A stretch of DNA of 62,908 nucleotides, filler included, from Olpidium bornovanus S191 (GCA_017911155.1; 30 parts of 30 records of this genome joined end to end with filler, not necessarily neighbours in it), one strand, 5' to 3'; shown: positions 48,276 to 60,585, counted from the first letter of the whole stretch. Notes: generated by a model from the sequence alone, not told the origin. Numbers and translations: made by a program.

Positions 48276-48693
48276 GGCGGGCGGCGTCCGGCCCGGGTGG
48301 GGAGGACTAACCCGCATCTCCGGCGTTCTCGATGGTCTGCGGCGGCAGCATCCTGCCGCTGGTCGTCGGGCTGCGCCTGGCCAGGGGCGGCGGCGGCGGC
48401 CAAGGGTGACGGGGATGTCTCGCCGGGCGGAGGAGAGGCTCCTCTCTCTCCTGGCGTGGCGCGCGCGGCAGGGGAGGAGGGGACGCGGGACGCGGGACGG
48501 GGGAAGACAGGAAGGGGGCCCGGGAAGAAGGGAAAGGGGCCGCCTTTCTTCTCCTCCGTCCCGCATCCGGGAAACCCGAGCCGCCGCCTTCCACCCCCCC
48601 CCCCCCCCAACAAACAAAAAGCAAGGCCGTCGCGCCCGCTCTCGCCCAGGCCCGCTCGCCCGCCGCCCTTTGGTCCCCTCGCCCGATGAGACA

Positions 48694-48801
48694 ATGGGCA
48701 TCCACGTGGTCCCGCTCGGCGCGGGCCAGGACGTCGGGAGGTCGTGTCTGCTGCTGACCATCGGCGGGAGGAACATCATGCTCGACTGCGGGATGCACAT
48801 G
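48694..48801 (+). CDS. INTS11: Integrator subunit 11 (CPSF73-like beta-CASP nuclease), exon 1
   Basis: [44 protein letters not shown] and DCGMHM fit INTS11 rather than CPSF73 (GQEVGRSC, DCGIHP). Confidence 0.88.
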
Positions 48802-50243
48802 GTGCGAGGCCCCGCTGCTCCCTTCCCCCCCCCCCCCCCCTCCCCCGCCCCCCCCCCCCCGCCCCCCCCCCCCCCCCCCCCCCCCCCGCAACAAACAAAA
48901 AGCAAGGCCGTCGCGCCCGCTCTCGCCCAGGCCCGCTCGCNNNNNNNNNNNNNNNNNNNNNNNNNNNNNNNNNNNNNNNNNNNNTTAATTAATTAANNNN
49001 NNNNNNNNNNNNNNNNNNNNNNNNNNNNNNNNNNNNNNNNAAGAAAAGAGGGGGGGGGGGGGGGGGAGAGGCGCGCGAAGAGTGCACGCCACGCGTGCAG
49101 AAAGATCACCCGCGCTCTTTATGGCGTTTTTTTTTGGATTCATCCCGCGTTTCCGCCGCGGGATAGAGCCCGGGTGCTACTTTGTTGGCACCACTGGAAG
49201 CGAGGCTGAAGGGTCCCCGTCCCCGAGTCCACGACTGGAAACGGCAAGGGCGGCAACGCGCGGCAGATAAATCTGGGACGCTCTGCAGGCGGGACCCCCC
49301 CCCCCCCCCCCCACCCCCGAAAAAAAAAAAAAAAAAAAAAACACGGCAGAAGGCGGGCTGGGTTTCCGAAGGCAGAAAGAAAAAGTCTGCGTTGCTTGTT
49401 AAAGGTGGTGGTGGTGGTGGTGCGGTGTGGCGCATATGACAAAGCCCCGCTCTCTCTTTCTAACTCCACGAGTTTCCTTTTTCAAAGCGTCGTAAACGCA
49501 GAACAAGCTATCGAGGCGATTTTGACGGGCGGAAAAGCCCCGCGATGTTTGGATGGGTCACGTTATTCGCGGGGAAATCTTTGCTGGGCGGTGTTCCCCG
49601 CGAAGCACTCGAGCCCTGAAAAAATTCCTGAAGATGAAAGCACCGCCAGCCCCGCTCTGGAACGACACGCGCAAGGCAAATATTGTCGTAGAAATATCCA
49701 ACGTCAAAAAAGAAGCACCCTCCTTGCGTTACGAAAAAAACGGGACTGGGCTGGATGTCTAGTTTCGCTACCGCAGCAGAAGGTTTTGGCGTAGAAATAT
49801 ACCATTTTAGGAAAACCCTCAATGTTACGTGCTTGGACAGGCCAACAGCGTTCAGACAGTGGGCGTGGTAGATCGCCAGCCGCCGCACAGCAGAAGAGGC
49901 GTTCGGCCGCCCGTAAACAGCCTGATTGGAAAAAACACCGCCAAGGTCCAGGGACGGCGGGCGGCCAGCAACCAAAATGACCCGTCGCAGTTCGCCGGGT
50001 CCAAGCTACGGGACAGGCTCCGCAACTCCCTACAGTTTTCCGACGGGCGCGCCTGCTCTGCGAAAACACAAAAAACCTGTGTGGCAACAAACCGCTTCGC
50101 TTCTCGAAGAAAGATTCGTACGGTACGTCCTGCCGCCTGACATTTTTCATTATCGTTGCTGTATGGTTGACCTCCAATTGTAAATGGAGGGGAAAAAGGC
50201 AGAATGCTAGATTTGGCCGATCAATTGGGAGGGGCCTCGAAGC

Positions 50244-50894
50244 TCAAACGTCGAGAAGCAGGCGCCTGGAAGAAAACAAGGAACGATGACGCCGTAAGTC
50301 AACCAACTTCCACATACTCTCGTCTCTGACTCATCGAACGAGTCATCGGAACTCGCAATAAGCAGCAATTTACACCAACCTGGGGTCTTCAATTGCCTCC
50401 TTGACTTTTACGAGGAAGGTCACTGCCTCGCGGCCGTCGATGAGGCGATGGTCGTAAGTGAGAGCGAGGTACATCATGGGCCGAATCATCACCTGCCCGC
50501 CGACCGCGACGGGCCGCTCCTTGACTGCGTGCATGCCCAGGATGGCGCTCTGCGGCAAGTTGATTATCGGAGTGCCCATCAAGCTGCCATAAATGCCGCC
50601 ATTGGAGATGGTGAACGTGCCACCGGTGAGATCTTCCAGCGTAATCTTGTTGTCGCGCGCCTTGGCTCCGAGCGCGGCGATCTCTTTCTCCACCTCCACT
50701 AAAGTCATCCGTTCCGCGTTGCGCACAACCGGTGTCACCAGGCCCTTTGGTGTGGCCACCGCCACGGAAATGTCCATGTAGTCGCGGTACACTATCGAGT
50801 CGCCCTCGATCGTCGCGTTGATTACCGGCACCGCTTTAAGCGCGTGACACACCGCCTTGGTGAAGGCCGACATAAAGCCGAGCTTAACGCCGTG
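50244..50894 (-). CDS. KGD2: Dihydrolipoamide succinyltransferase (2-oxoglutarate dehydrogenase E2), C-terminus
   Basis: [64 protein letters not shown]|RLLLDV*. Confidence 0.97.
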
Positions 50895-51266
50895 NNNNNN
50901 NNNNNNNNNNNNNNNNNNNNNNNNNNNNNNNNNNNNNNTTAATTAATTAANNNNNNNNNNNNNNNNNNNNNNNNNNNNNNNNNNNNNNNNNNNNCCCCCC
51001 CCCACTTTTTTTTTTCGGTCCCCCGCCCCCTCCTTCCCGGCCTTACGACGGTGTTAACCCTCGCCGGGGAAAAAAAAACAAAAAACAAAGGCCGCGGAAG
51101 AAGAAGGGGAAAAAAGGGACGGCGGCGGGTAGGGAGGGAGGGAGGGAGGAAGGGGTTGAGGGGGGAAGGTGGAGCGGGTGTGTGTCACTCCAAAACAACC
51201 CTCGGCGACGATGTTTCGGGAAGGGGGGGGGGGGGGGGGGGGTGACAGTGGGGCACGGGCCGGTCG

Positions 51267-52192
51267 TCATCCAGAACATTGCTCTTCCTGGTGGCACACG
51301 GAAGCCACGGTGATCCTTCTGCACGAGTGGCTTGGTATCGCGGCGGGTGCCGAGGCCGGAGGTGACATGGACGCGACCGCGGCCGCCGGCGCGGGCGGAC
51401 GGCCGCCGCGGAAATCGCCGCCGTTGCTTCCCCGACGGGCCGCCGCCGCGTCCGCGCCCTTCCGCCGCGGCCGGCGGAGGGTCCGCTCGGCCGCCTCCAG
51501 CGCGCCTCCTTCCTTGGACGACGCCGCCCGCCCCTTCCGCCGCTTGAGCGCGTCCGCTTCCTCGGCCATCTCGGCCGCCCGTATGAGCAGCGCCATCGCG
51601 TCGGCGAAGGTCCGCCCCTCCTCCTCGGTCGCGCGCTGCGGCGGCTGCGGCCGCGGCGTCGGCATCGGCGTCGGCGACGGCGCGGGTTTCGGCTCAGCTT
51701 CTCCCGGGGAGAAGGACGGCGACGCCGTCGGCGGCGGCGTGAGCACGGCGAGCGGGACGTTGCCCGACGCCGGGTGGGAAGCCTCGCGCGGCGGAGTCCC
51801 GGAGCGCTGGCCCCACGGCGGGGCGGAGGAGGGCGCGACCAGAGCCGCCTCGTATTTGAACAGCGACGGCGCCGCGGTCGCGGCTTTGGCTTCGGCCGGA
51901 GAAGTGGCGTTCGTGTACGAGAAGACTCTCGGCGCCGCCGTTCCGCACGAGCTGGGCCGTTGAGTTGCGGGCCGGGCGGCCGGACCCTCCGGTTTCAACG
52001 GGGGAGTCCGGGAAAGGTGTACGTCAGGACGCGGGGTCGGCGTCGCGCCGGCCCGGTTTGGCGAGGATGCGCTCTCGTAGATGAAACTGGCCGTGATTGG
52101 CGTGGCCGGATCAGACGGCTGGCAGAGGAATTGGCCGTGAGGCGCAACGCGCGGCAGTGCCGCAGCGGATATGCTGTAGAACGTCATCATGC
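51267..52192 (-). CDS. Pro/Ala-rich C-terminal region of an unidentified protein
   Basis: Long GC3-rich open frame with a short helical segment FADAMALLIRAAEMAEEAD. No family recognised. Confidence 0.5.
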
Positions 52193-52292
52193 NNNNNNNN
52201 NNNNNNNNNNNNNNNNNNNNNNNNNNNNNNNNNNNNTTAATTAATTAANNNNNNNNNNNNNNNNNNNNNNNNNNNNNNNNNNNNNNNNNNNN

Positions 52293-52953
52293 CATGCCCA
52301 CGAGCCGGCTGACGACGCGGCGGCTGGTGGACGCCATCGTGAACAACACCTGCAGCATCGAGGACGCGCCGACGAGCACACCCGCGACGCCGTCGCAGCT
52401 GGGCTCCCCGGCGGGCAGCCTGCCGTCGTCCCCGCAGCCCATCAGGGCGGCGCGGCAGACGTCGCAGCTGTGGGAGCGGTTCACGCAGGGCCTTCAGCCG
52501 CTGGAACCGGGAGACTGCTACACCTGCGGCCGCCCCGGCCCGTGCGCGTTCCGGTTCCGCATGGCCGACGACGAGCCCTGGGCGCCCATCGACGGCTTCT
52601 GCCGCGACCGCGTGGTGGCAGCCTGCGAGTTCTATGTGTTCATCCGCAACCTCCGACTCGGCCTCTACGGGTCCCGCTCGGAGCAGGACCTGTACCCCGA
52701 GTGCACCCGCCTGCGCCTGCAGATGTTCTACGCCAAGATCGGCGCCCTGCCGTGGTCGGAGCTCGACAGGCGCGTCCCGGAGAAACCGGCGTGGGCGGAC
52801 GCGGCGCCTGACGCCAAGCCCCAGCAGCGCGCCGCCGCGCCGCCGGCGCGCGATCTCGCTTGGGCGGAACGCCCGCCACTGTCGCCGGTTTCGGACAACA
52901 TACAGTCCAACGGCAATCCTAACATTGTCATCAACCCCACGTCTGTCGCATAA
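52293..52953 (+). CDS. SEC2: Sec2/Rabin8 Rab GEF, C-terminal domain
   Basis: CYTCG..GPCAFRFRM...IDGFCRDRVVAACEFYVFIRNLRLGL...LRLQMFYAKIG parallels the Rabin8/Sec2 C-terminus. Confidence 0.82.
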
Positions 52954-53572
52954 TCCTCCTCATCCTCCCCGCCTCTCCGTTCCTTTCTATTCTTCCACGA
53001 CAGCCTGTATAAATTGTAGCGTAATGCCAGAGTGGACGACAACTAAAAAAAGCACGCACAACACGACGCCCGTCATTTTTAAAACGTTCGCTCCCCGACC
53101 GGGACGGCGGGGTGGTTTAATGATTTGCGGCACGGAGCGAATTCCGTCCGTTCTGGTGCCCTCCGACAGTTTGAGCGGGGGAAGAAGGATGGGGTGTGAA
53201 CCAGTCCAAAGAAGAGGCCTGAGGTGCAACATTCAGGCGTTTCCTTGCGAGACGGAAAAGAAAAACGACTCCGAGTCCGTCTCGCATGAACCATCGTGTT
53301 TGCACGCCCAGCCGACGAAAAATAAGTAAATAAATAAAAAATACATCCGTCTAAAGTCTGCGCAGAGTCTGCGGACTCGGAGGCTCTGACGGCCCGTTGG
53401 ATTTCCTTCAATTTGGTTGGCCCCACGGTGTGAAACCAAGGGGGAAAATGCAGCGCGTCAGATTTTCCTCTTGCTCGCGGAGAGTGCCCCCTTTCCCGCC
53501 CCCCCACATCCCCTCTTCTCCCCCACAACCGCTCCGACGCAGCACGAAACTGCGGCACACCACAGCCAAACT

Positions 53573-53940
53573 TACGATGCGGCCGCCAGGATCTGGTTCA
53601 CGACCTTCAGGTCCAACGTCCCCGACGGACTGGAGCCGTTGGCTGCGGTCTTCGAGCACAGGGCTTTCGCCGCGCGCGGGTTGTCCCTCAGCGTGGTTTC
53701 GCTGCGGTGCGCGGCGTACGCGTCGGCCCGCTCCGGGGCGTAGAACGCCAGCCACGCCTTGGCAAATCGGCCAAAAAAAAACGGATCAGTAAAGCTTGTC
53801 CAAAAATCGAGGTAAAGGGGGGGGGGGTTGGGGTGAGGGATGTGGGTTGAGCTTACCGCCGTATGTCGTGGTAAACCGACGTCGGTGAATCTATGCGAAT
53901 TCTAGCAATGTCAAAGGCGAATGGGGCCGGGAGAACCGCA
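53573..53940 (-). CDS. Last two exons of an unidentified gene
   Basis: IAVLPAPFAFDIARIRIDSPTSVYHDIRR, a GTAAGC...AG intron, then AWLAFYAPERAD...NQILAAAS*. Confidence 0.4.
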
Positions 53941-54423
53941 ATCAAAAAAATAAAAGATAAAAGATAAAAAAGATGAAGGCAACAAAACAACAAAACGCAA
54001 AAATAAAAACAAAAAAAATCAAACAAAACGAACAGAAAACAAAAAAAACCAAAAAACCAAAAAACCAAAAAAAAACCAAAAAAACCAAAAAAACCCAAAA
54101 AAAACAAAAAGCAAAAAAAACAAAAAACAAACAACAAAAAAAAACAAAAAAACAAAAAAACAAAAAAAAGCAAAAAAAAACAAAAAAACAAAAAAACAAA
54201 AAAACAAAAAAAAAACAAAAAAAAACAAAAAAAAACAAAAAAAACAAAAAAAACAAAAAAAACAAAAAAAACAAAAAAAACAAAAAAAACAAAAAAAAAA
54301 CAAAAAGCAAAAAAACAAAAAAAACAAAAAAAACAAAAAAAAAACAAAAAGCAAAAAAACAAAAGAAAACAAAAAAACAAAAAAAAATTCAAAAAATTCA
54401 AAAAATTCAAAAAATTCAAAAAA
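53940..54423 (+). repeat. Degenerate A-rich array
   Basis: AAAAC, AAAAACC, AAAAAAC and AAAAATTC units in succession. Confidence 0.9.
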
Positions 54424-55957
54424 NNNNNNNNNNNNNNNNNNNNNNNNNNNNNNNNNNNNNNNNNNNNTTAATTAATTAANNNNNNNNNNNNNNNNNNNNN
54501 NNNNNNNNNNNNNNNNNNNNNNNCATGTCGTCGGCAGCTGCCGGCCCGGTGCGGCGGGCCGTGCTGGCCAGGAAGCTCGCAGACTCGGGAGGCTTAATAT
54601 AGCGCCGTACATTTTTGTAAGAAGCCAGCCTGCCTTTTCCGGGAGCTTTTTTTTCTTTGCTGGTTTTGGAACTGGCGTTAGGTCCCACGAGAAAAACCCT
54701 GCCAGCGCGGAATACCCTGGCTGAACCCGTTAACGCGCGCCCAGACGTCCACAGGGTGCCAGCCGACTGCAACGTTCGTCTGTCGTGATCATTGCAACCA
54801 TACGTTCTAGAATTGCCTGCCGATGCCGTTCCAAGCAACCAGCGGATCGTGGCAAGAACGTCGGGTTCGGCAAATTTGCCCAACGGAATATTCGTCCTGC
54901 GTCGCTCGTGCGTCCGGAGCGCCGAAGTACCTCCGGCAATTTCCCGCGTCGCCGTTCGTTCCACGTCTCGACCTCTCCCCCCCCTCCCCCCCCTTCCGCC
55001 CCTTTGTAAACGAGCGCCATTTTCGCGGGAGTGCTTCAGCTTTTTCAAGATTTTCCAGGAGAGAAGGCGCGCGGCATAGAGAATTGCGGGCCAAGGACCC
55101 GGTTCTGCAGTCAAAAAAGAAAAGCTTGCAGGAAACTTCGGCGAACTTAGTCGGAAGAAAATTTGCTGCAGTAATAAAATTGCGCGACATATTACGGCAG
55201 AGCTCATCAAAACCAAACCAACCGCCCTTTTGGGCAACGTATTTTCCTGAGGTCAGATTCTCGCGAAAGAAAAACATCATCTGTTGAAGCTCAAACTAAA
55301 TTAACGCCGCCCTTCTCCTTTCCGCAATGACGCACACAAAGGCCGGCTGACATGTCACGCATCCATGTACTTGCAGTCGACGGGCCGGAGGTTTGCCTCG
55401 GCGGCGATAAATTTCAGGATCTTTGTGCCGTGCGGTAATTTCGTTCGGATGCCGTGATCGCGACGGTCGGCCCCGTTCCCTTGCCCCCGCAACCCAGATA
55501 CTTCACATTTCTTTTCGTGCGGGATTGGGCGCCTCGCTGACGGGCAGACACGCGTCTCTGACGGCACGGTCCATGTGATTGACAACGAAAGAGCACGATC
55601 AAAAAGGCCTTTCCACAGAGAAAGGGATTTTGTGCCGGCCTTGATGAAACGCGCTCGGCAGAACCGGCCCGCGCAGCCGCTGTCCGCCGGTTTACGGCAT
55701 CGAGACCTCGGAACAATTGTATGTGCAAGNNNNNNNNNNNNNNNNNNNNNNNNNNNNNNNNNNNNNNNNNNNNTTAATTAATTAANNNNNNNNNNNNNNN
55801 NNNNNNNNNNNNNNNNNNNNNNNNNNNNNAAAAAAAAAAAAAAAAAAAAAACGGCAAACGTCGAAGGAAAGAAGGTTCGGGCGCGACTAAATTCCGGACA
55901 GCGCGCCTGGCCCCTGAGACCAGTACACAGAAAACCGCGACGGCAGCATGCTCTCAC

Positions 55958-56992
55958 CTTGGACGGATCCAGGAGCATCCAGTCGTACACCCCGTCGTCC
56001 GCGTCAGCCCCAATGCGATTGAGGATGTTGGTGAACAGGCTGCGCAAGTAGTCGTAGTCTGGCTGCTCCTCGAAGTCCAGCTTGCGTACGTACGTGAGGT
56101 ACGTCGCAAATTCCTCGGGAAAGCCCTCACACAGCTCCCTGATAGGGGTCTGCTGCTTCTTCTCGCCGATTTTCTCGTACTTCTGCTTGTTCGTCGCCGC
56201 CTTTAGCCCCTGCCACGGTAGGCCGCCTCGAAGAAAATACATGAAGACGTGACCGAGAGCCTCGAGGTCGTCACGCCGCGACTGTTCTGTTAGCGCCACC
56301 GGTCGTTAGGTCTTCTTGCCTAACGCGGGGTGGGGAACAATATGCCCGTTCCCCAGATGACGTAAAAGAAAGAGAAAAACAGAGAAAAGGAAACGCCAAA
56401 CAATGGCAAAAAAAGAATACAGGAACGAAAGAAATACCGGCAAGCAACCGTCAGAAGTCCACACACCTCGGCCAAGGTGCGTGTTTATGCTCATGTACCG
56501 CGCAGTTCCGCTGAGACTTTTGCGCTCCCGGTAGGGGATATGCTGTTTGGTCTTCGGGTCGCGATACTGCTTGGCCATGCCAAAGTCAACGACATGAATA
56601 AGGTTGGCGTGGTTGCTGCCCGGCCGGCCCACAAGGAAGTTGTCGGGCTTTATATCCCGATATATAAGGTTCTTCTCGTGGATCGATTGCACCCTCAACA
56701 GCTGCATTTCCGGCCGGGATGAGTTATGTTCCACATCGGCCGGAGGAGGACATCGGCAGAGAAGTGGCGCCATGTTGTCAGTTCCCCGAGGGCGCTGTTT
56801 TGAGCGGGAGAGCTGCCCAGAACAAAAACGGTGTACGATGTACCATCTGCTTCGCGACCATACATGCCGTCTTGATCGAAAACTTCCGCCCACACATGTC
56901 GAACAGGTCCTCCATCGACGGTCCCAGCAGGTCTAAACATAAAATGTTGTGCAGGCCTTCCTGGCCGTAGTAATACACTTGCGGTATTCCCA
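55958..56992 (-). CDS. Casein kinase I (Yck/Cki/CK1-gamma-like), internal exons
   Basis: [68 protein letters not shown]|EQSRRDDLE. Confidence 0.97.
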
Positions 56993-57485
56993 CTGTGTTA
57001 TTATCGAAAAGAGAACAGTGCCGAGTGGAGAGGCAGGCGGGGAGATAAAGTCGGGGTGAGGACAGGCGCGGGGGGGGGGGGGGGGGGGGGGGGGGGGGCG
57101 GGGGGGGGGAAAGGNNNNNNNNNNNNNNNNNNNNNNNNNNNNNNNNNNNNNNNNNNNNTTAATTAATTAANNNNNNNNNNNNNNNNNNNNNNNNNNNNNN
57201 NNNNNNNNNNNNNNAAGGCCAGGAACGAGGATCGGGAAGGGGTGAGGAAAAAAAAAAAAGAGAGCGCGCGGACGGGGCCGTTAACGCCTTTTATACCCGC
57301 GGGGGGGGGGGGGCCGGGGGGGCGGGGGGGGGGGGGGGGGGGAGGGGGGGGGGGAGAGGGTGTCTGCAGAAGAAGAAGAAGAAGAAGAGGGGGGGGGACG
57401 GGAAAAAAAGGGAGCGGGGGGACCGGGAGGAAAGAAAAAATCTTCTCTGCCGCGCGCGACGGGAAGTCTTGTACGGGGCGGGGGG

Positions 57486-57532
<47 letters not shown>

Positions 57533-58682
57533 GAGGGGGAAGGGGGTGGGCGCGGGAGGGAAGGAGGGGGAAGGACGCGGTATCGCCGGTTTGGCAGCCG
57601 GCTTGGCCCGCTGCTGGCAAAAAAAAAAAAACACAAAAAAAAAGAAAGAAAAAAAGGAAAAGGGGGAGACGAAGCGAAAGCGGCAAAAACAGGGAGAAGA
57701 AAGGGGAAATTTCCCATAAAATACCCTCCCTTTTCCTCTTTCCTGGCAGGGAAACCCCCCCCCGCCCCTTTCCCGGCAAGGCCATAAACGGGGCTAAGGG
57801 ATCCCCCCCCCCCGGGCAAAGTGTGTGGAGAACAGCTCGGACGGCATCAGCGAGGGCTTTTCCCGTAGGGGAGAAGACAAGAATGATCTTCTTGCCTTCT
57901 CTTCTTCCCATCTCGCCTTGGTCCTCGCGCCCGTGCAATCTCTCTCCGCCTTCGTCTCCGTCTCCTTGAACTTGATGTAATTTTTCACAACGCAAACTTG
58001 TTTCTTGGCCTCAGCTGCCCTCGCACTGCTCAGCTCAAGCTCCAACCGCACGTCCGTGAACTTCGCCTGGCGCATTTCTATGGTAAGCGCCGCGAAGGCG
58101 ATGTCGACGACACTCGCCGGGGCGTGCACTGCCGGGGTAGCTCGCTGTCTGGGGTTGCGGAGCAACTTCCGTCTGCTGTTCCACGTGCGTAGAACAGAAC
58201 AAGCGCAGAAGTTATAACGACGCAAATTCGGATGCCTTCGTAGCTCCATCAAACCCCAACCAAGACCTCCCAGGAACTTACCTGGTAACTGTGGGTAGCC
58301 CAATCGGCGGAGCCGCGTCGGGAAAAACTGCATGGAAGGTCTAAAGTTTCTCGCTATAAACAGCGCTATTAGTTTCCACATGGGTTAAGAACTCCGTCGC
58401 GTGAGCCTATGTTGCACCAAACAATTGGCCCGCATCGTCAGGCCCTCTAGTTCTCTGGAGTGCATGCTTAGCCAGGTAGTGATGGAACTAGTAGGTGCAA
58501 TATCATTATTCTTATTGGATAGCTTACTTAGTACTAGTTTTTACGATACCAGCACCTGGCGGGCGGACGGCGGGTTTCGGCTNNNNNNNNNNNNNNNNNN
58601 NNNNNNNNNNNNNNNNNNNNNNNNNNTTAATTAATTAANNNNNNNNNNNNNNNNNNNNNNNNNNNNNNNNNNNNNNNNNNNN

Positions 58683-59743
58683 CATGCAGCAATGAGTCTC
58701 AGGGATCCTTTCGCGGTCACCGGCAGGCTCTCGTTGTTCCCGATAAACACCTTTCCCCGGCATGCCTCGATGTCGGTCAGAACGGATGCATCCGGGACGA
58801 TGTTGTACGTGCTCCCGCTGTCGAGGATCCAGTGACTGTTTCGTGTTCCTTCAACGCACTTGTTTGCGAGAAGCACCATGACGTGTTCCTCGCTATCCGC
58901 CACCCCACGGGCCATGTGCATCCTCGCGTTGTTGCTACTGGGGTGCCATTTTCCTCGCCGAGCTTCCGGACGCCGCCGCCGCCGCGGGCAAACCGCCGCT
59001 ATGTGGCCGGCCTCGCGGCATTCGTAACATCGCCTGGAGTCTTTCACTTCTGCTGCCGGCAGTGCCGTGGGCGGCGGGGGTGGTCGTGCTTGGGCCACAA
59101 GAGCACCTCCGTCCTCGTAGCGTGCGGCCGTCGCCGACCGTCTCCTCGAGTCTGCTTCCCGCAGGGCCGTCACCGTTTCTCCCAACGATGGCGTCACCCA
59201 CACACCACGTTTGTCGTCGTAGTAGACGCGACTAGATAACCCGTCAACCGCCGCTCGGAGCAGATGGAGGCTACCCATCATTAGAAGGTCACGCATCTCG
59301 TCTTCCCAGTCACACACATTTTTCCCCCCCATGTCCAGGAGGCTTGCGACTTGATCTTTCAGCCTCACAAGAAAGTGGTCAAAAGTTTCCGTATCCTCCA
59401 TATGCGTGCTGTACAGGGCGACCTTTGCCTCCACTCGCGCTGTGGTACGCGGTGACTCGAAGTGCGCTTGCAATGACGCCCACGCTTCTCTTGCTGTTTC
59501 TTTGCTCTTCATCAGGTGTTTGTAGAGGTCAGAGATATGCAGGAAAAGCTCGCCATACGCCTCTCCGTTCGACCGGTTCCAGTCACGTAGCTTGCTCGGT
59601 GTTCCATGGGTGGGGGGTTTGTCTTCACCAGTCACGACGTCCCACAGTCCACGGCGGAGGAGCACGACGTGCATGTTCTCCTTCCAGGACGTCCAATTGT
59701 CCTCGGTGAGCGGGGGAATCACCAGGCGAAGAGTCGACTCCAT
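58683..59743 (-). mobile_element. Ty1/Copia gag-pol 5' part (gag, CCHC zinc knuckle, aspartic protease), open frame
   Basis: LTEDNWTSWKENMHVVLLRRGLWDVV, CYECREAGHIAAVC, WILDSGSTYNI. Confidence 0.95.
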
Positions 59744-59974
59744 GGTTCAGGCCCTCGTCGGGGAATTCGATAAGGAATGTGAGTGAACGCCTGAGAGTTC
59801 TGAGGTGTACGGCGGAGAGTGCCACGTTCAGGTACACGCAAACAAACAAACAAGCACTTGCCGGCAGCCCCACTTTCTTCGTGAAGAGCAGCGGGGGCAG
59901 AACGGGCTTGGCGGAGGCTTGTCTTGCGCTCCTGCTGCTCTCCTTCCGCGGCGGCGGCTCGACGCGGCCCTCAG

Positions 59975-60368
59975 CGGCGGTGCCAACGGATGGCGCACGG
60001 CACGACTCGATCCTCAGCGGCGGCGCCAACGGATGGCACGCGGCTGCGCCAACGGATGGCCTCACGGCTCGACTCGGTCCTCAGCGGCGGCGCCAACGGA
60101 TGGCGTGCGGCTGCGCCAACGGATGGCGCGCGGCTCGACTCGGTCCTCAGCGGCGGCGCCAACGGATGGCGCGCGGCTTCTCTTTTTGCTCTCCTTCTGG
60201 GCGCGCGACGGCGCCAACGGATGGCGGCGCGGCTCGACTTGGCCCTCGGCGGCGGCGCCAACGGATGGCGCACCGCTTCTCTTTCTGCTCTCCCTCTGCG
60301 CGCGCGCCAACGGATGGCGGGCGGCTCTCCTTCTGCTTTCCTGCGCGCGCGCCAACGGATGGCGCGGG
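59975..60368 (-). repeat. Ten copies of GCCAACGGATGGC (hairpin-capable) in the Copia 5' leader
   Basis: Copies at about 59983, 60026, 60049, 60094, 60116, 60158, 60213, 60258, 60306 and 60351. Confidence 0.92.
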
Positions 60369-60458
60369 GCGGCGGTTCTCCTCTGCTCTTTCTTTGGAGG
60401 ACGATGGAGCGGACAGGGGAAGGTCGGGAGGTTGGGAGGTCACGGGCAGGGCGCCCTT

Positions 60459-60585
60459 GGGCTCATAACCTGTTGTAGAACCGCGTTGTTTTATTGTGGA
60501 CGAGAGACGGGGAAGGGGGAAAGGAAAAGTGGCGGTGAGGTACAGTTCAACTAGTGGGTGAACTACAGGGCAACGCAACACAACA
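60459..60585 (-). mobile_element. 115-bp 5' LTR (60471-60585, TGTTGT..ACAACA) plus half-tRNAiMet PBS (60459-60470)
   Basis: Perfect 6-bp inverted termini, internal AATAAA, adjacent GGTTATGAGCCC. Confidence 0.92.

Noticed and set aside
47013-48689. Long antisense and alternate-frame ORFs (558 aa here; similarly 5476-6501, 31131-32051, 39257-40573)
   Set aside because: Shadow ORFs caused by high GC3 in real genes.
48607-48940. Exact direct repeat of about 52 bp (about 48607-48659 and 48889-48940)
   Set aside because: Both copies follow poly-C and the second ends the contig. This is best explained by the assembler looping back through the homopolymer.
59975-60368. CRISPR-like array (constant palindromic repeat with variable spacers)
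   Set aside because: The 13-nt core is too short, spacers are irregular and resemble each other, there are no cas genes, and the context is a eukaryotic Copia leader.
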